Shown here one piece after another: positions 61,339 to 64,000 of a stretch of DNA of 64,000 nt. Both the position numbers and the translations under genes were made by a program. The notes below the pieces were generated by a model that ran no database searches, was not told the origin of the DNA, and was given only the letters and a program-made list of their open reading frames with translations. The stretch's first letter is position 1, and every line of letters starts with the position of its first letter. This DNA comes from Fibrobacterales bacterium (GTDB taxonomy: Bacteria; Fibrobacterota; Fibrobacteria; Fibrobacterales; JAOPTW01): the NCBI GenBank assembly GCA_051532035.1, contig JAOPTW010000013.1, positions 32,001-96,000 of the forward strand, in the 5' to 3' direction.

Positions 61339-63639
61339 GTGAGTTTCGTGAAATTTAGTTCTCTTATAATTATATTAGTCGTATCAGCAACACTGTTGAT
61401 GGGCCAATTTATATCAGTAGATGGTCTGTATGGATATCACACAACTCCCTCTGCAGCAATAAAACCAGCGGGAACCTTTACTGGTTTTGGGAATATACTG
61501 CCCGTCTATTATAGCCCGTATCCTGATAGTACCCGACAGCCATTTAATGGAGGTTTTAATTTAGCACTTCTCAGTAACCTGGAAATGGGGATGGTGGTCT
61601 CGACTATGACTGCAGATGGTGATAATTTTTATGTGCCTCGTATTTCATTTAAATATCAGTTTGATCAGTTTACGAAAGATTCTCCTCTCCTCAGTATTGG
61701 CACAACTGATCTACTCAATAGACAAAATTTTGTTGGTAACCTCTTTTTTGTAGGCGCTACTCATTTTTACCCCTTTGGCACAAAGATCACTTTTGAAACG
61801 GGTGCAATCTATCAGCGCTATACCAAAGAGAGCCCCCCTAAGGAAATCTATACGCCAATTCGTGCTTTTTTAAATGGTAGCTTAGACAATGGGAGCTACG
61901 CTTTTGTATTTGAAAACAAAATTAGTGACCTTGGTTTAGAATTGAGTCAGTTTTTGGTGTATCGACCGGGTTTTGAAGAGTACCCTTATTCGGGATTCAG
62001 TGTTATGGTAGGCCGAGCTTCGACGGAGTTTTATCCTGATAAAATGAGTTCTATTGTAGCTGGCTTTGAGTATACGAGAAGTTTCAGATCAATTGACCCC
62101 GATCTTGACCGTATCAAAAAGCGAATGAAATTTAAAGAGCCTATCTTTTGGATTGACCTTAAGCCAGACTTTATTGGAATAAATCAGTTGAATCTATCCG
62201 GGGGGCTAAAACAAATAACAGCACAGCGACTGGGAATAGAAAGTGATATCGCGATAGAAACGGGTATCCCCAATCTTATGTGGGTAAATACCTTTAATTT
62301 TCCAATCCAATCTAAGAATGAAGAACATTTAGATGGTGTTACATACTGGTCAAAGCGGGTGCTTCAGTATGAGATTCCCACATCGAAGTCAGGCCAATAT
62401 CTTTCGATTTATGCTCCTCAAGTCTCTTTCGGGTATTTCGGACATAATGCTCGCGGGATATTGTGGGGTCAAAAAATAGCTCTCTTTAATTGGCGCCCTA
62501 TTGAATTTTCACTTGGTATTATTAATCAAGAAGAATTACCGAGTAATCCATTTATGCTGTATCGAGTTGCAAGACTCCCGATACATCCCCCTTTCAGTGG
62601 GTTTAGTGCGAGAGATGTTCAATGGTATATTGAAGGAGGCACGTTTAAGGATAAGAGCACTACTGTAGGTATTGTGGGTAACTATCCTGGTGGTGATGGT
62701 TTTGAAGCTGAAGTATCATTGCGCTATAACCTTGATTGGGGCATAGAGGTAGGACTGCAATATACAATGGACCTTTCTGATATGGTTCAGTACACCGGTT
62801 CCTTGATGCATATTGGGTTATCGCCGCGTAATAGAATGAATTTTCGGAATTCGATTTCCCAGACGAGAAGTGCACAAAATGAGTCACTGGATACTTATAC
62901 ATGGAGAAGTTCAATTAATGACGATAACACATTTCAAGATACCTGGTGGGAAAAACCTCATATAAATGTCAACCGGAGCATTGATACGTCCTATTTTAAT
63001 CGATTAGTATTTTGTAGAGATACCCCCACCACGGAGTGTGAAGTAACTGATCGAGACGGTGATAGCATTCCAGATCATCTTGATGCCTGTCCCGACAGGG
63101 CCGAAGATAAAGACTCGTTTCTTGATGACGATGGTTGCCCTGATCTCGATGATGACGGCGATAACATCACTGATTCACTCGATCAATGTAAAATGATACC
63201 AGAGGATATTGACGGATATTTGGATCAAGATGGTTGCCCTGAGTTTGATAATGATGAAGATGGTATTCTGGATAGTCTTGATGTTTGTCCCTTGCAAGCA
63301 GAAGATATTGATGGTTTTGAAGATGAGGATGGGTGCCCTGAACTTGATAATGATGGCGATGGGATATTAGATAATTTTGATCGCTGTGTCTCGATACCGG
63401 AAGACCTCGATGGCATTGATGATGATGATGGGTGTCCTGAGTTTGTAGATAATGATGAGATTCCAGATCATCTGGATAATTGCCCTGAATTGACTGAAGA
63501 CTTTGATGGGTTTGAAGATGAAGACGGGTGCCCCGAACCAGATAATGATCGCGATGGTATCATCGATATCAAAGATCAATGCCCGAATAAGCATGAAATA
63601 TTTAATAGTTTTATGGATGAAGATGGGTGTCCTGAGTAA
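61339..63639 (+). CDS. Exported, probable outer-membrane protein with C-terminal thrombospondin type-3-like repeats
   Basis: Signal peptide, GLYGYHTTPSA YjbH-like start, beta-strand-like body; six D-rich DxDxDxIxDxxDxC...DGCP repeats at 63049-63636. Confidence 0.82.
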   Translation: MSFVKFSSLIIILVVSATLLMGQFISVDGLYGYHTTPSAAIKPAGTFTGFGNILPVYYSPYPDSTRQPFNGGFNLALLSNLEMGMVVSTMTADGDNFYVPRISFKYQFDQFTKDSPLLSIGTTDLLNRQNFVGNLFFVGATHFYPFGTKITFETGAIYQRYTKESPPKEIYTPIRAFLNGSLDNGSYAFVFENKISDLGLELSQFLVYRPGFEEYPYSGFSVMVGRASTEFYPDKMSSIVAGFEYTRSFRSIDPDLDRIKKRMKFKEPIFWIDLKPDFIGINQLNLSGGLKQITAQRLGIESDIAIETGIPNLMWVNTFNFPIQSKNEEHLDGVTYWSKRVLQYEIPTSKSGQYLSIYAPQVSFGYFGHNARGILWGQKIALFNWRPIEFSLGIINQEELPSNPFMLYRVARLPIHPPFSGFSARDVQWYIEGGTFKDKSTTVGIVGNYPGGDGFEAEVSLRYNLDWGIEVGLQYTMDLSDMVQYTGSLMHIGLSPRNRMNFRNSISQTRSAQNESLDTYTWRSSINDDNTFQDTWWEKPHINVNRSIDTSYFNRLVFCRDTPTTECEVTDRDGDSIPDHLDACPDRAEDKDSFLDDDGCPDLDDDGDNITDSLDQCKMIPEDIDGYLDQDGCPEFDNDEDGILDSLDVCPLQAEDIDGFEDEDGCPELDNDGDGILDNFDRCVSIPEDLDGIDDDDGCPEFVDNDEIPDHLDNCPELTEDFDGFEDEDGCPEPDNDRDGIIDIKDQCPNKHEIFNSFMDEDGCPE

Positions 63640-63677
63640 AAAACGATAGCACTATAGCAGGACAAATGTAAAGGGTT

Positions 63678-64000
63678 TTAGTGAAAACCTCGAATGGAAT
63701 GAAATGGTGATGCAAAATTTTGAGGTATTGGCTGTTCAATAGATCGTTTAATTAATAACGAAGTGCTCTCTCCACTAAGTGATTCCAAAGCTGCAGCAAA
63801 TACTCCCTCATCTTCGGCCCCCAATTCATGCAAGAGATCATCTCGCGCCGTGACTGATTCGTCGATGCCACCAAAGAAGTCCCACTGTTCACCATTAGTC
63901 CCACCGATAAACGAAATGGGAAAAAACATGTGACTTTTAAGGTCAAAGCTGTACATCCCTACTGGTTTACCTGCAGTTTGTTGACCTACTACAGTAAGAT
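63678..64000 (-). CDS. C-terminus of a probable S41 family peptidase (5' end outside window)
   Basis: Frame is open to the window edge: LTVVGQQTAGKPVGM...DDLLHELGAEDEGVFAAAL. Confidence 0.7.
   Translation of the reverse strand, partial: LTVVGQQTAGKPVGMYSFDLKSHMFFPISFIGGTNGEQWDFFGGIDESVTARDDLLHELGAEDEGVFAAALESLSGESTSLLIKRSIEQPIPQNFASPFHSIRGFH

Overview
AT-rich bacterial window, probably from a Fibrobacterota-like polysaccharide degrader. This is inferred from Ser-rich-linker lipoproteins and CAZymes with short T9SS-like C-termini; no phylogenetic marker was tested. 1-22.3 kb is a minus-strand signalling cluster: two BvgS/EvgS-like hybrid kinases (the first, with four periplasmic sensor domains, is missing from the ORF track), cheW, cheA, a NIT-domain chemoreceptor, two HDOD proteins, further kinases and receivers, an NtrC-type sigma54 activator and a degenerate kinase. 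The strongest unannotated signal is regulatory. Three intergenic gaps each contain a sigma54 -24/-12 promoter plus copies of the palindrome TTCTA-N5-TAGAA, and two promoters share almost identical site spacing, which suggests a self-contained sigma54 regulon driven by the local activator. 22.5-52 kb is accessory: a dual esterase, two multimodular GH5 enzymes sharing an upstream TTGTAA-N9-TTACAA palindrome, a diguanylate cyclase, a kinase flanked by a 112-bp direct repeat, a cytidylyltransferase/CDP-alcohol phosphotransferase pair, a PAS-LuxR regulator, a Cache chemoreceptor, a methyltransferase pseudogene and lipoproteins. 52-64 kb is mostly housekeeping and envelope genes (yaaA, gmk, thrH, hslO). 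No rRNA, tRNA, CRISPR array or intact transposase was seen. All calls come from reading motifs by eye.
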